Positions 26,501 to 41,500 of a stretch of DNA of 60,000 bases are shown in pieces (position 1 is the stretch's first letter; each line of letters opens with the position of its first letter). The translations under genes were made by a program, and so were the position numbers. Under the pieces are notes generated by a model. It saw only the letters and a list, made by a program, of their open reading frames with translations, ran no database searches and was not told the origin of the DNA. Origin of the DNA: Laetmonice hystrix (Eukaryota); assembly GCA_965235115.1 (NCBI GenBank), contig OZ249436.1, positions 9,178,001 to 9,238,000 on the forward strand. The letters are read 5' to 3'.

Positions 26501-29500
26501 ATGACACATCATTCTCCATTTCATTTCAGCTGGATACTGTCCAAGTTCTATTCCATGACACATCATTCTCCATTTCATTTCAGCTGGATACTGTCCAAGT
26601 TCTATTCCATAACACATCATTCTCCATTTCATTTCAGCTGGACACTCCCCAAGTTCTATACCATAACACATCATTCTCCATTTCACTAAAGCTGGATACT
26701 GTCCAAGTTCTATGCCATAACACATCATTATACCTAATACCATTACCATTGACACAGCTCACTTTAAGGTCAACCGACGACACCCAACCAATTAATTGAC
26801 TGCATGCTTACATGCATGGTTGAACGTTTTACTGGCAAACCATCTTGTTAGCAACATTATGCATGTTCCTGGAAATTACCTAGAAGTGTCAGAAAATCCC
26901 ATGGCGAAAGGTATATTAATATACTACGAAAGGTATACATGTAGTAGTACTACATGGGCAGATCTGTAATGGTTCGTGTATAGCAATTTGCCACCATTAC
27001 GTCAGCGTTAGACCCGCCGGGTAAAGTTCAAACCAGGCACTAAGCTGCTTGATGTATATCATACTACAGACCAGTGTAAATGTTTCCATTGTGTGTGCGG
27101 TAATGTAATACCGCTGAGCTTTGATCAATGGACCTAGTAACGTAAACATTATGGTCTAAACCACACCTTAGTATACTGAACCACCAGGAACCGTCCCCAC
27201 GTCTTCTACAACAATAAAAATACGCATGTATTTCCTATTTACCAACTCCTTTGTTAGATATTGCTACAATGTCAGAATGACTTCAAAGATATATTTTACA
27301 ATTCTAAGGATTACATACATGTAAATGATCTAATACTAACTTTAAAGGCCCTGAATTAATTCACTGACTGTAGGTTCGGTTGTGGGAGGGGGGGGGGGGA
27401 CAAATTACTTGTAAAGTCTTGTATATTATCTCCCCTGTGGCAGCCGGCCCACCCTCGACAAGTTGATATCAGTATACTGTAAAGTACATGTCTAATATAA
27501 GCGACATGACCTCGCCACCACGCACGGAGTTCTGCACGGTGGGATCCTCAAACAGGTGTTCCATTTAATGCTTTGTATACCATGCATAAAGTTATCGTAC
27601 TTTTAGCTGCGTGACATGATTCATGCTGCAATGCATTGGGCACGAGCTGACAATTACGTATAGGTTACGGTCAGTTACTGTTATAAACTGTCAGTTACTG
27701 TTATTTATAAACTGTCAGTTACTGTTATAAACGGTCAGTTACTGTTATAAACGGCCAGTTACTGTTATAAACGGTCAGTTACTGTTATAAACGGTCAGTT
27801 ACTGTTATAAAAGGCCAGTTACTGTTATAAACGGTCAGTTACTGTTATACACGGTCAGTTACTGTTATAAACGGCCAGTTACTGTTATACACGGTCAGTT
27901 ACTGTTATAAACGGACAGTTACTGTTATAAACGGTCAGTTACTGTTATAAACGGTCAGTTACTGTTATACACGGCCAGTTACTGTTATACACGGCCAGTT
28001 ACTGTTATACACGGCCAGTTACTGTTATACACGGTCAGTTACTGTTATACACGGCCAGTTACTGTTATACACGGTCAGTTACTGTTATACACGGCCAGTT
28101 ACTGTTATACACGGCCAGTTACTGTTATAAACGGTCAGTTACTGTTATAAACGGTCAGTTACTGTTATAAACGGTCAGTTACTGTTATAAACGGCCAGTT
28201 ACTGTTATAAACGGTCAGTTACTGTTATAAACATCTACTGTCAGACCGTTCAGAAGTATTCAACTATATTCTACACGAGTACGATGTACCACTAATTGTC
28301 CGATCCATTCGTAAATTACCACGGCTTCATTAATTTAGAACGATTATTATGTTAAAAGATCGGAAACGTTGCCGGTGAGACTCCTTGCGACTGTCTCGTG
28401 AATGCTATCTTAGTACAGCCATGGCAATGTACCACAGGAAACGTTGCCGGTGAGACTCCTTGCGACTCTCTCGTGAATGCTATCCTAGTACAGCCATGGC
28501 AATATACCGTACCACAGGAAACGTTGCCGGTGAGACTCCTTGCGACTCTCTCGTGAATGCTATCCTAGTACAGCCATGGCAATATACCACTAGATCCTGT
28601 TTCCACTTCCTTAATTTATTATTGATCCACTTTTTATATCTTTTTATGGAGAGCACATTCGTGACAGATTCCCTGCCATTCTGTCTATAAAACATCCTGA
28701 ATACGGGCCAGGGTAATTAACCAGGCTGATGGGAACTCAGTGTTTCTTAGAGAAGTCGATATGCAGCCTGAAGTCGCGTTTAACTGTACAATCCCATGTA
28801 GTCGTTTGTAGTCGGTGGTATTTGCCATAGTTGACATACCTAAGATAACCACTCATTAATTGGCAGCGGGCCAGCAGAGCGCGTGTTCAAGTATGCCCCC
28901 CCCCCCCGTTCATTGTTGGATCCAAACTTTCACCTCCGATGTTAACCACGCGAATATATGTCAAGAATATGTGATGCATGTCTGCTTACAATAAGCCGTT
29001 AAGGTAAGTGTATAGGCATGTCTATTAGTAGTTAAATTTGGGACTTATTATAGTCGGACAGAGCAGCCTTTGGACCTTGTAATGCATTCACAAAACCTTT
29101 AGAAGAAAAGAGTCAAATTAACAGTTCAAACCAGTCTTTATTATACTGTCCATTCTTCGTCCTTTAAAAACAACTCTTCCTTGAATATTATAATCTTTAC
29201 GTCTTAGTGCCCCGAACCCTCTTAAAGACCAAACTTAAAAGCTCCTATCTAAGCTAGGATATCAACAATAAACATGGAGAATGTGTGCAGTCTTTCTCCA
29301 TCATTTATCATAACGTGACAAAGACTAATCCTTAGAAAGGCAGGATTCTTCTATCAGCCTTGAAACTAGACTCTCGACTTTAGGACACGCCATAACCACA
29401 TAGCTTAGATTACAAAGTTTGTTATAGTCTTACAGTAATCATAACCAGCCAGTGCATGACGTGTGGTAATTTTAGAGATTACCAAAAGAGATTGGCCTGA

Positions 29501-32500
29501 CATTATGTATAGACGTAGAAATGGTGCAAAAAATGCCTTACGTTTTGCTCCTCGCCCATGCCTGTATACCCTACTATAGAACTGGCAGAGCTGCGGGACC
29601 CTTCTGTATAATCATATCGCAGCCTTTGGGTCGTTATTTGCTTCTCTAAAGGCGGACTCTATGCGATTCTTTGACCGACCGACGCGACGGTGGAGTTGCA
29701 TCGCAATGAGTCGTGTCGCTCTGTCTGAGTCCGCCTTAAGACGAGATATTTGAATTTTAATTTATTCTGTACCTTTGTCTTTCACCCGAGAGGAGCCAAG
29801 TATGCAAACGACTCCAGGTAATAACATATACACAATGAGAACAAGAACACAGACAGAAACACACAAGAGAGAATGTGCGAGTGGTTGACAGAGACAAATG
29901 AACGGGAACAATAAATACTTAGGCCTAGGGAGGGCCTCTCAGTCACCTTTACCCGGAAGAAAGGGTTAAAAGAAAGGATCAAAAGAAAGTACTGCCGCGT
30001 TGTTGCTTTTAAGAAAGTGTACTTGCTCAGTAGATACCGTAAGCCTATTAACTTTTAAACAGCCCCACGGGCTCCGCGGACGGGACTTCGGGGACTTCTC
30101 ATCGTCTCCCACTCATCCCCATTTTACCTGCTCGCTCACAGTCACATTGCATTCGAATCACTGGAGGCCCAACTACCATAAGTATGTACACTGCACAGTG
30201 TTTAGGCCTAACACTCACAGAAATGAGAGAGTGGGACATAATGTGTTGCAAACAAAGTCAAAGCACGGTTATTATATTTTCAAACAAGCGACAAGAGTTT
30301 GTTATTTTAACAACCACATTTAGAAGGTAGAAATCTCTCTTAATGAATTTTTTTGGGAAAACTCCATTTCTACCCTCGTATATATCCTGGTTCATCAGAC
30401 TACAGCTAATTTATGCACCCATTAATACTCCCATTTAATCAACTAATGATAATTCCACATACTGTCGTTACGTACTAGTTACCCATCACCAGTGAACCCT
30501 ACAATCTGTCGAATCATTTGTTGTCCTCAGGGCGGAAGTGTTCACTACGCATCATTATAATACGTTTAGCCTGAGGAAACGATCCATCAACTAATTACCT
30601 GCGTGACACACGGTGGTCTATGTACTCACACGTACTTATAATATACATTGTACCGGGACACCAGTTCATTTGTACCTACATAACAATACAAGGGACCGTC
30701 CTCAAGTCCTGGCTTAAGCTTAATTTCTTCAGAACACAGTTTCATTAATGAAATTCAAATCTGTGTAGGGTACTCCTTTACCAAAATGGAAGGGGAGGGG
30801 GAGGGGGGAGGGAGGGAGGGGGACGGGGGGGGGGCTCCCGTCCAATCTTTGAATCTTCCGGTGCCTATGTCCCTTACCATATATTATTACCGTGCCTTGA
30901 TTGCAATGCATAAGTCTGTTTCCTTTGTGTTAAAGGTTTTAAAAAGCGCTCTAATTGATGTAATAAGACTAACAATGTGGTGTCGTGGTAGTTAATCCCT
31001 CAAGGTGTTCTATAATATATAAAACAAGCTTTACTTACAGCTCCTTACAATCTCCAAATTTTGAGTTTATAAGTAGGCCTGCTTATTGACTACATAGGAC
31101 GGTTGTGGGTAAAGCAAACGTAACAGCCATTTGGTATCTTTACAAACTGTGATTTATACCACACTGACGTCAAGGGTAAAGCTGTTATTCAGGACCACTT
31201 ACAAAATGTTCACCGTCTATTGACGATCAGGTTCATTGTTGATAACGGCACCGCAGTCCTAATATCAATATCATCGCATATCTGCATGATGTCAGGTGCC
31301 TTATGAATATACACTCTGACACCGTTATGATTTAGGCATAAAGCACCAGGCACACTTATTTACGTGCAATATTGATTACTCGTGCATATCGTCAATATAA
31401 ATCTCCCTAATTACACACCATGCATTATACAAAATGTTCTATCAACCTAGCCTCAATCAATGTCCCGTTTACTCTCCGCGAATGTATAATGTTCTCATCA
31501 GCACATTCATAACAGATTGATTTATGGTGGCCTTTAGTTTCATCTACTGGTACTTAAATACACCCGATACCCTACATTTCTTCCAGTTCACGAAAGGCTG
31601 CTAAAATTGAAATTAAGCAATAAAGTTAGTTTTAAATAAGTCAGACCAATTCAATGACAAATATTTGTCGACTCCTTCACCCAGTAATTCTGTATACTGT
31701 ACGTTTCCATGACAGTGTATGACATTATATTGATGTCATGACAACCCAACCAATGTTATGGTAAGTGACATGTCAACAGTCCATTGTATACTGATGTCTG
31801 TAGTCAACGTAACCTGTAATGCTTAGCCCGTCAACATGCCACCTGGAGGATAATGCATCTAGTCTTACAAAGTGATATGTTCAGTCTAGCCTGAAATTAC
31901 TACAACTTCTCACGGCATAAGTTATTCGGTATTGTGTATTGGACCACTGGGCGAAACCAAACATGGGGCAAACTACCTAGTAATAACATTACCCTCCCTC
32001 GAGCTCTGCCTTGTAGCTTTTTATAGCATAATTCATATAGCACTGGCACTTTTTTCGGTACAGACTGCCATAACTTGATTCGACGTATAGGAATGTACGA
32101 CATAATTAAATGAGTGATAGAAAACAGATGATTTCTGTGTAAAATCGAGGTACAATGGACGTTTAGAATAGAGACTGATTATTTTATAGGTGATTGTTGA
32201 GATCCAGAGATATAGCCGATCTTAATTATGACAAACCTTATCAATCGCTATTCGCGACCGTTACCGGTTATGTACAATATTTGAAATAACGTTCACAAGA
32301 TGAGCTAACGTTTGGTAGGTTTGTTTATGTTATGGTGAAAGCCCTTGGATAACGTTCACAAGATGAGCTAACGTTTGGTAGGTTTGTTTATGTTATGGTG
32401 AAAGCCCTTGGATAACGTTCACAAGATGAGCTAACGTTTGGTAGGTTTATTTATGTTATGGTGGAAGCCCTTGAATAACGTTCACAAGATGAGCTAACGT

Positions 32501-35500
32501 TTGGTAGGTTTATTTATGTTATGGTAAAAGCCCTTGAATAACGTTCACAAGATGAGCTAACGTTTGGTAGGTTTGTTTATGTTATGGTGAAAGCCCTTGA
32601 ATAACGTTCACAAGATGAGCTAACGTTTGGTAGGTTTGTTTATGTTATGGTGAAAGCCCTTGAATAACGTTCACAAGATGAGCTAACGTTTGGTAGGTTT
32701 GTTTATGTTATGGTGAAAGCCCTTGAATAACGTTCACAAGATGAGCTAACGTTTGGTAGGTTTGTTTATGTTATGGTGAAAGCCCTTGAATAACGTTCAC
32801 AAGATGAGCTAACGTTTGGTAGGTTTGTTTATGTTATGGTGAAAGCCCTTGAATAACGTTCACAGGATGAGCTAACGTTTGCTAGGTTTATTCATGTTAT
32901 GGTGAAGCCCTTGAATAACGTTCACAAGATGAGCTAACGTTTGCTAGGTTTGTTCATGGTATGGTGAAAGCCCTTGAATAACGTTCACAAGATGAGCTAA
33001 CGTTTGGTAGGTTTGTTTATGTTATGGTGAAAGCCCTTGGATAACGTTCACAAGATGAGCTAACGTTTGCTAGGTTTATTTATGGTGAAAGCCCTTGGAT
33101 AACGTTCACAAGATGAGCTAACGTTTGGTAGGTTTGTTTATGTTATGGTGAAAGCCCTTGGATAACGTTCACAAGATGAGCTAACGTTTGGTAGGTTTGT
33201 TTATGTTATGGTGAAGGCCTTGAATAACGTTCACAAGATGAGCTAACGTTTGCTAGGTTTGTTTATGGTGAAAGCCCTTGGATAACGTTCACAAGATGAG
33301 CTAACGTTTGCTAGGTTTATTTATGGTGAAAGCCCTTGGATAACGTTCACAAGATGAGCTAACGTTTGGTAGGTTTATTTATGGTGAAAGCCCTTGGATA
33401 ACGTTCACAAGATGAGCTAACGTTTGCTAGGTTTATTTATGGTGAAAGCCCTTGGATAACGTTCACAAGATGAGCTAACGTTTGCTAGGTTTATTCATGT
33501 TATGGTGAAGCCCTTGAATAACGTTCACAAGATGAGCTAACGTTTGCTAGGTTTATTCATGTTATGGTGAAGCCCTTGAATAACGTTCACAAGATGAGCT
33601 AACGTTTGCTAGGTTTATTCATGTTATGGTGAAAGCCCTTGAATAACGTTCACAAGATGAGCTAACGTTTGCTAGGTTTATTCATGTTATGGTGAAAGCC
33701 CTTGAATAACGTTCACAAGATGAGCTAACGTTTGCTAGGTTTATTCATGTTATGGTGAAAGCCCTTGAATAACGTTCACAAGATGAGCTAACGTTTGGTA
33801 GGTTTATTCATGGTGAAAGCCCTTGGATAACGTTCACAAGATGAGCTAACGTTTGGTAGGTTTGTTTATGTTATGGTGAAAGCCCTTGAATAACGTTCAC
33901 AAGATGAGCTAACGTTTGCTAGGTTTATTCATGTTATGGTGAAAGCCCTTGGATAACGTTCACAAGATGAGCTAACGTTTGCTAGGTTTGTTTATGTTAT
34001 GGTGAAAGCCCTTGGATAACGTTCACAAGATGCGCTAACGTTTGGTAGGTTTGTTTATGTTATGGTGAAAGCCCTTGGATAACGTTCACAAGATGAGCTA
34101 ACGTTTGCTAGGTTTGTTTATGTTATGGTGAAAGCCCTTGGATAACGTTCACAAGATGAGCTAACGTTTGCTAGGTTTGTTTATGTTATGGTGAAAGCCC
34201 TTGGATAACGTTCACAAGATGCGCTAACGTTTGGTAGGTTTATTTATGGTGAAAGCCCTTGGATAACGTTCACAAGATGAGCTAACGTTTGGTAGGTTTG
34301 TTTATGTTATGGTGAAAGCCCTTGGATAACGTTCACAAGATGAGCTAACGTTTGGTAGGTTTGTTTATGTTATGGTGAAAGCCCTTGAATAACGTTCACA
34401 AGATGAGCTAACGTTTGCTAGGTTTGTTCATGTTATGGTGAAGGCCTTGAATAACGTTCACAAGATGAGCTAACGTTTGCTAGGTTTGTTTATGTTATGG
34501 TGAAAGCCCTTGGATAACGTTCACAAGATGCGCTAACGTTTGGTAGGTTTATTCATGGTATGGTGAAAGCCCTTGAATAACGTTCACAAGATGAGCTAAC
34601 GTTTGGTAGGTTTGTTTATGTTATGGTGAAAGCCCTTGGATAACGTTCACAAGATGAGCTAACGTTTGGTAGGTTTGTTTATGTTATGGTGAAAGCCCTT
34701 GAATAACGTTCACAAGATGAGCTAACGTTTGCTAGGTTTGTTCATGTTATGGTGAAGGCCTTGAATAACGTTCACAAGATGAGCTAACGTTTGGTAGGTT
34801 TATTCATGTTATGGTAAAAGACCTTGAATAACGTTCACAAGATGAGCTAACGTTTGGTAGGTTTATTCATGGTATGGTAAAAGACCTTGAATAACGTTCA
34901 CAAGATGAGCTAACGTTTGGTAGGTTTATTCATGTTATGGTAAAAGACCTTGAATAACGTTCACAAGATGAGCTAACGTTTGCTAGGTTTGTTCATGTTA
35001 TGGTGAAAGCCCTTGAATAACGGTCACAAGATGAGCTAACGTTTGCTAGGTTTATTCATGGTAAGGTGAAAGCCCTTGAATAACGTTCACAAGATGAGCT
35101 AACGTTTGCTAGGTTTGTTCATGTTATGGTAAAAGCCCTTTGATAACGTTTACAAGATGAGCTAACGTTTGGTAGGTTTGTTTATGTTATGGTGAAAGCC
35201 CTTGGATAACGTTCACAAGATGCGCTAACGTTTGGTAGGTTTATTCATGGTATGGTGAAAGGCCTTGAATAACGTTCACAAGATGAGCTAACGTTTGCTA
35301 GGTTTATTCATGGTATGGTGAAAGCCCTTGAATAACGTTCACAAGATGAGCTAACGTTTGCTAGGTTTATTCATGGTATGGTGAAAGGCCTTGAATAACG
35401 TTCACAAGATGAGCTAACGTTTGGTAGGTTTATTCATGTTATGGTGAAAGGCCTTGAATAACGTTCACAAGATGAGCTAACGTTTGGTAGGTTTGTTTAT

Positions 35501-38500
35501 GTTATGGTGAAAGCCCTTGAATAACGTTCACAAGATGAGCTAGCGTTTGCTAGGTTTATTCATGTTATGGTGAAGCCCTTGAACTGATGGAGGAGAGATA
35601 AGTTGTCTACGCTGACCGAGTCAGGATGAATTCGATGATACTGGTTGATTAATCACAACAGGTGGAAGATGACACTGCATTATCTCGAATAACGTTCATG
35701 TTAACACAAAATAGCGACTTCTGGGTCAACACGCACTCCTGCCCAGCCTACATCAGCCAACACACAACCATCAGCTAGCCGCTACAGCAGGGCTCAGGTT
35801 ACTTGGAGATTTGTTACAGCAGGAAAAACAAAAACCATAAGTCACTATTGTTGATCCACAATAAAACTTAAAACACGCGCAGGTATTTGAGACTTCCTTC
35901 AAGAGCAGTTTTTCAATTGACAACATATGAAACAAAGGTTCGCACTGTGGGTAAAGGAATTATTCCGTGTGTAAATCAGCAGAATAAATACTGGACAGAA
36001 ATGTGTATAAAACAACTCTGAGCTGTTTCCGTTTTCAGCAAATTAGCAAATCCGCCATTTTTTCTTATTTGACTTGACGGCAAATACCGTACATGAATGC
36101 ATGCGTAAGGTTGACTTATGGGAAAGCTGAGCTATAACATATATTACAAGAAGGAAGTAATCAGTGTAGCATGTTTCCTCCATCCCTCGCGTGATCTAAT
36201 CAACAAATAACCTCTTTCCGATTTCATCAATAATTCAACTTTTGTTACCCTCAGGCTGACACACAGTTCGTGTTGTAGTAAGCCCACCGATATGTCTGGG
36301 GGTCCTTTTAAATCTTTGCAACTCTCTCAGAGTCTTGAACAGTGCATCAACGGTTGAGATTTATACTTCGTCTTCTTAACGTTGTTTTAAGGTCACAAAG
36401 TTAATCTCATTTAATGCCAAGTTACATCCCATCAGTCTCATATTGTAAACATCTACAATCCTCCTTCATGCATATCCTCTTCACAAGAATTACATCTCAA
36501 TCAAATCGCAAGAAAAACTTGCGGACCTGTCGCCATTTTAAGCTTAAATTAATCGTGCAACTGACAAAAAACTGATTCAAGGTCAAAGGTGTGAAATAAG
36601 TTGACGTATGAAGATCCAGGATACTGTACAGTTCGTTACCTGTTGTTCTTTAACTACATGTATACCCTTGTCTGTGCACCATTAGCCCACTGTTTGTTTA
36701 CATCTAAAGCTTCCCTTTTGAGCCCCTCGCGTTAACACATGAACTGTTCACCTCTGTCAGTGGGTCTGCAGTTCTGAGTGAGAAAACTACACAAAACGAT
36801 GACAATTCTCAATGTCTCTACATTTCGTGCCCCCAATCCTGCTTGTTTAAGTCCCAGTTCTCACTAGAATCAAAAGCAAGTTCGAGGTCATCGCAGCAGT
36901 GTCAATAAAATGAAAAAAAAGAAGAGACGGTGCACAACCAAACAGTGTTGTCACAAACCGCCCGATGCCAGAGCCCTTACTCTGAGGTGTGTAGTTTAAA
37001 TGCTGGTCCTGCGGCCATACACTGGGGGAACCGTCTGTGATTTATATTCGTATTGACCCTTGTGGATCGTGTCAGAGCTGTTTTCATGTTCAACACATGT
37101 ACTTTTTATGCTATTTCCCGTCTCAGTGAAGGCCACTTGTGACGAGGGAAAAAAACACTTAGGTTACACAGAACAGAATGAATATACAAATAAACAACAA
37201 AGAGATTATTCATGTTCACTGAAACATGAGTGCATGCTCTGAAAACTACAGAACCTTCAACTGAATATCTTATCATCGTGTAGAGTATATCCTGCATGGC
37301 TTTGTGAGAGCCATTAGTAAGACACAACTCCCAAACCGTCATTTGGTATATGTATTTATAAACAAGGCTAGCCATGCAGAAGGCTTATCAAACTCCAAGG
37401 GGCTGATCTGACGGGCGTGACCCTTTGCCCCCTTAGCAGACTCACCACCTGACCCCATCTACTGTCAAACAGTTGACATGACTGACAGCAGTGACCTTCG
37501 CTCTGACAAGTCACACCATGACTTTCTCAACGGCTTCCTCCCCGTGAAACTGAAACTGGAGAAACCCGTCCCAATCACTAAACAATCTCAAACATTGCCA
37601 TGATTTAATGTTTTGTGACACCTCACACGGAAAGCGACGCATCCTTATACAATACAAGAAAGAAATTGAGAGAGAGAAGAGATAGAGGATGATGAGAATT
37701 ACTTTGAGTTGCTTTCACTCTCGCTGTGATTCTCAGATGTGTGCTTCTACGAAATCTAAGGAAGTCAAAGCCAAAGGAAAGTTCTACAGCCCACAACTAA
37801 ACTGTGGCCGGTTTCATCAATAGCGATTCCTAGAGAATACTAGACCTTTGTGTTACGTAATTTGTAGTTTCAATTATAAGAATGACCTTTTCCTCATTGT
37901 TACCTTTACCATAATATACCCCATGGAAGGTGTTTGGTGGGGTCGTGAACTCTGACCACTGACCCATGGCCGGTACTATCAGACTGAGGCGAGTCAGAAG
38001 GTCACACGTAGGGACCCCCTCCCGTATGTGTCAAATGAGCACTGATCAAAATTACTCCCAGTACGGTATCCCATTCTCTGGTTGGTGTCAGTATTCTCTG
38101 ACATCACCACTCCCACACTGTCATCCCGCCAAATCACCACAAAACCCAGGACTCAGCTACAGTGGGGGGTAAACTGCCACTGAGCCGCTGAGAACATTCT
38201 CTGGTTGGTGTCAGTATTCTCTGACATCACCACCCCCACACTGTCATCCCACCAAATCACCACAAAACCCAGGACTCAGCTGAAATTCTAATTGTACTCT
38301 CCACTTGACCCCACACAGTCAGATCTGACCCAAAGCCATAAAACTTTCAAGGGCTCACCTCTAGGACACCGTAAGAGGGTACTATGGACTGACTCCCGGT
38401 ACCTGAGCAAATACAATGGCAGGTATTCGGTCTTTGATCAGTGACAAGTGAAGGATGTACGTGGGCTGCCGGCCGGCCAGGGTGGGGGTTGGCATACAGG

Positions 38501-41500
38501 GTGCTGGGAGGTCCCGATGGTGGGTGAGGGAGCCGACCTCTTATCTCATCTGTCACCTTAATGAGGATCCTGCTGTGCTCATCGCTCTCTGTCTACACTT
38601 CACATTGTAACCCACACCAGACCTCACACTGCTAACAAACCTAATGTTTCTCTTTGGTAACTTCACGTAACAAAAACGACAGGATAGTGACCCCCTCGCG
38701 TTTTCCATTTGACTGCGAAGAATTATAAGCAGTTCTGTAGAGGTGTCGCCGGTTTTTTCTTTTATATTCAGGAGTTTTCATACTTGAATGGTTTATTATG
38801 CAATGAAGCGTGAAAACGGCATTAGGTCCTCTCCTGTATGCTTCAGAGTTATCGGCCTTTGCCCTTCCAGACATTAATCTTAAATCAATGAGATGCTATT
38901 ATGCATATTCAGTAGGCAGTCACCGTTTAAAGGTCACACTCGTAGTAGTAACTATTAAAGCGGACAGCTTTATTCCCTGCGGCACTGGGGGAGGTTTATA
39001 GTGAATGGGTCTGGCGTTGACCAGATTGTTCCGGTCAGTGTTGGGGTCACTTTAACCAGAGGGATAGCCCATAAACACTTCGGACATATTTTGGTCATCA
39101 TAAAGGCTACAGGTTGTATGCCGTCGGGCGGCGGTCACGTTAGTAATGACAGAGGGTGAAGGGGTAGGAGAGCTCAACCCTCAACCACCAATGTTGGCTT
39201 TCCAGAGTCCAGATAATGGTCTACCATTGACAACAAGAACACCCAAAGACTTTGCCCTCCAGCTGGCTATATGGTGGCAATAGGATTTTCTCCTTTCGGA
39301 CATAATAAGGGCCTTCTCTTTTGATTGCCTTCAATGCGAAATAAATTCCACACTTTTCGGAGAAATGGCTTTTTATGTCCTTTAACAGGTATCTGATCTT
39401 CTCTGAAAGTAAACACTATGAGCTATATCTTACTTATTTGCGATTTCCCCCTTATCTTATCCAAATGACTGCTTCTGTTTTTATCTGAATAATGACCGGT
39501 ATATTAACTCCTATATCTTCTCGTTGGTTGTTTACCGTACCAGCAGCCAGTCAGGACAGAAAGGATGTTATTCCCTTGTGTAGAAACTCCCAGATTTGAG
39601 ATGACAGTGGGCCGCCTGGCAAGGACAGGTGCTGACGTCAGGTAATACCACCCGTAGACGACCAAATACCTGCTCAGACAGGTCATAATTGGGTCGGTGG
39701 AGCAGAGATTTGGGGCGAGGCACAGACGTCTTGGACGATTACGGGCACACTTATTACTACAGTGACCCCGGACCCAGTCCTACTCACTTTTGAAAGGATG
39801 TCTTGGCTACATAATACTATGTTAGAGGGAAACCTGTAAAATCGACCAGTTTGTATATCTCTGCTCTCTGCTTTCTCTTGATGTACGCGTGTGATGAAAC
39901 AAGCAGAATAGCCCTGGGCCAGAGAGTCCAGTGTTGGCAACTTGGCGGTCGTGGAAGTGGGCGCTATGGTTGAAAGCTCGTGGTGTGGTTCCAAATAAAA
40001 TGTTACTTTTCATAAGAGATCACAGCTCCAAGCATTTCAGGGTTATGTCTAGCCCGATTTGGCCATTCATACCTTTTGAAAATTCCTTGTGATTGCTGAA
40101 AACTTATGCTAACACAATATAAAACCATTCCAATTTAAGTGTTAGATGTTGGTGTATAGTTTGGACATTAAATTTATTTACAAACACTCCTACATAATAT
40201 TGGACCTCGTACTTCTAGAGGTTTACGGTAAAGTCAATATACCGTACACGTCGTTTTCCAGCCAAACCTTTGCCAGTATGACATACCTATGCTCTATCCT
40301 CTCCGGGATTCAACAATAGAAAAAGGTATTCGCCTCGATAATACCACCTCAGCAATGTGAGGTATTTCGAGAGTAGTGTTTTTACGGCTGTAACCTCTAA
40401 CATGGCATGCCATGGCCACTCGAGTCTGGGATAGGTACATGGACAGTCGGGGCCACGTGGGCGGCAGGACAGCTCTACACACATCTCCATTGTATTTTTA
40501 TACTTTTTTTGTACCCGTCATTTTTGTACCACGGATACGGGGTCTGATCTGTAGCGGGGTCTGGTCTGTAGCAGTGGTAGATCCCCCCCCCCCTTTACCT
40601 TTTTTTCTTACAGAGCCTTTTGAATTGACCATTTTGGACCCCTTTTGCCAGATTTTCCCCTTGGATACCCCTCTCTAAAATCCTGGATTCACTCCTGCAT
40701 ACAGGCCTAGATAAAACATAATACAATACTGATCTTCAAAAAGTAAAATCTTCTATGAGGGCATATTGTATATAAATCGTGGAATTTAGTGTAGTTTAAT
40801 TTACACAGTGCATATAAGAAGTTATAACAAATATCACTAAACTGAAAAGCGTAGCGTCAGTTTTCGATGCGTGACATCCTTTGAAGGGAGGAAGAATAAA
40901 ACATGCTACCTGTCTCCTCTTACATGTCACTGGCATGTGTCTGGTGACGGTCCCCTCAATAGGCCGACATCATGGTTGACATGTAGAGTTAGTGCAATTA
41001 CGCTTAGCCAAAAAAAGGAGATAATTTGGGCTGAAGATAGCTTGCACTGGCGGCGGGCGCTTGACATGCGTGTGTGTACCTAGCATGGAATTGTCGCACT
41101 TACGGCGACGACACCAAGAGTTGTGGCGAGTGTCAGGTTTCATGTCGAGCCGGTCACGATACCTCCCTAGATTATCGACCGACGGCAAAACACGCCGGAG
41201 CATTTAATAGATTTTAAAAACCTAGTGTAAGTCACGAGAGTCAACAAAGTATGTATGCAGAAGTTTAGGTGCGGTAGCACGAGTCCATGACAAATTAACA
41301 TGAAATCCCTAAAAAAACATGTCTTTATTGAGGAGGGTGATCAGTCGAATTTCAGTTCTGAATGCAGGGATTAGACCAGAGAAGTAATGGATGTGATTAT
41401 CTGGATCCCTCACACGGTAACACCCCTTTATCTCCGTGGTAGTGTATCAGAAAATGACAATGAGTTATCAGAGGTGGACGACTTGAAAGCATGTATGGGT

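Noticed and set aside
26185..26799. 204-aa ORF and overlapping ORFs
   Set aside because: Product of a 54-bp (3n) minisatellite that is open in several frames; no domain
38300..40450. Possible decayed retroelement coding sequence in intron 2
   Set aside because: No motif I could identify with confidence; would need a profile search
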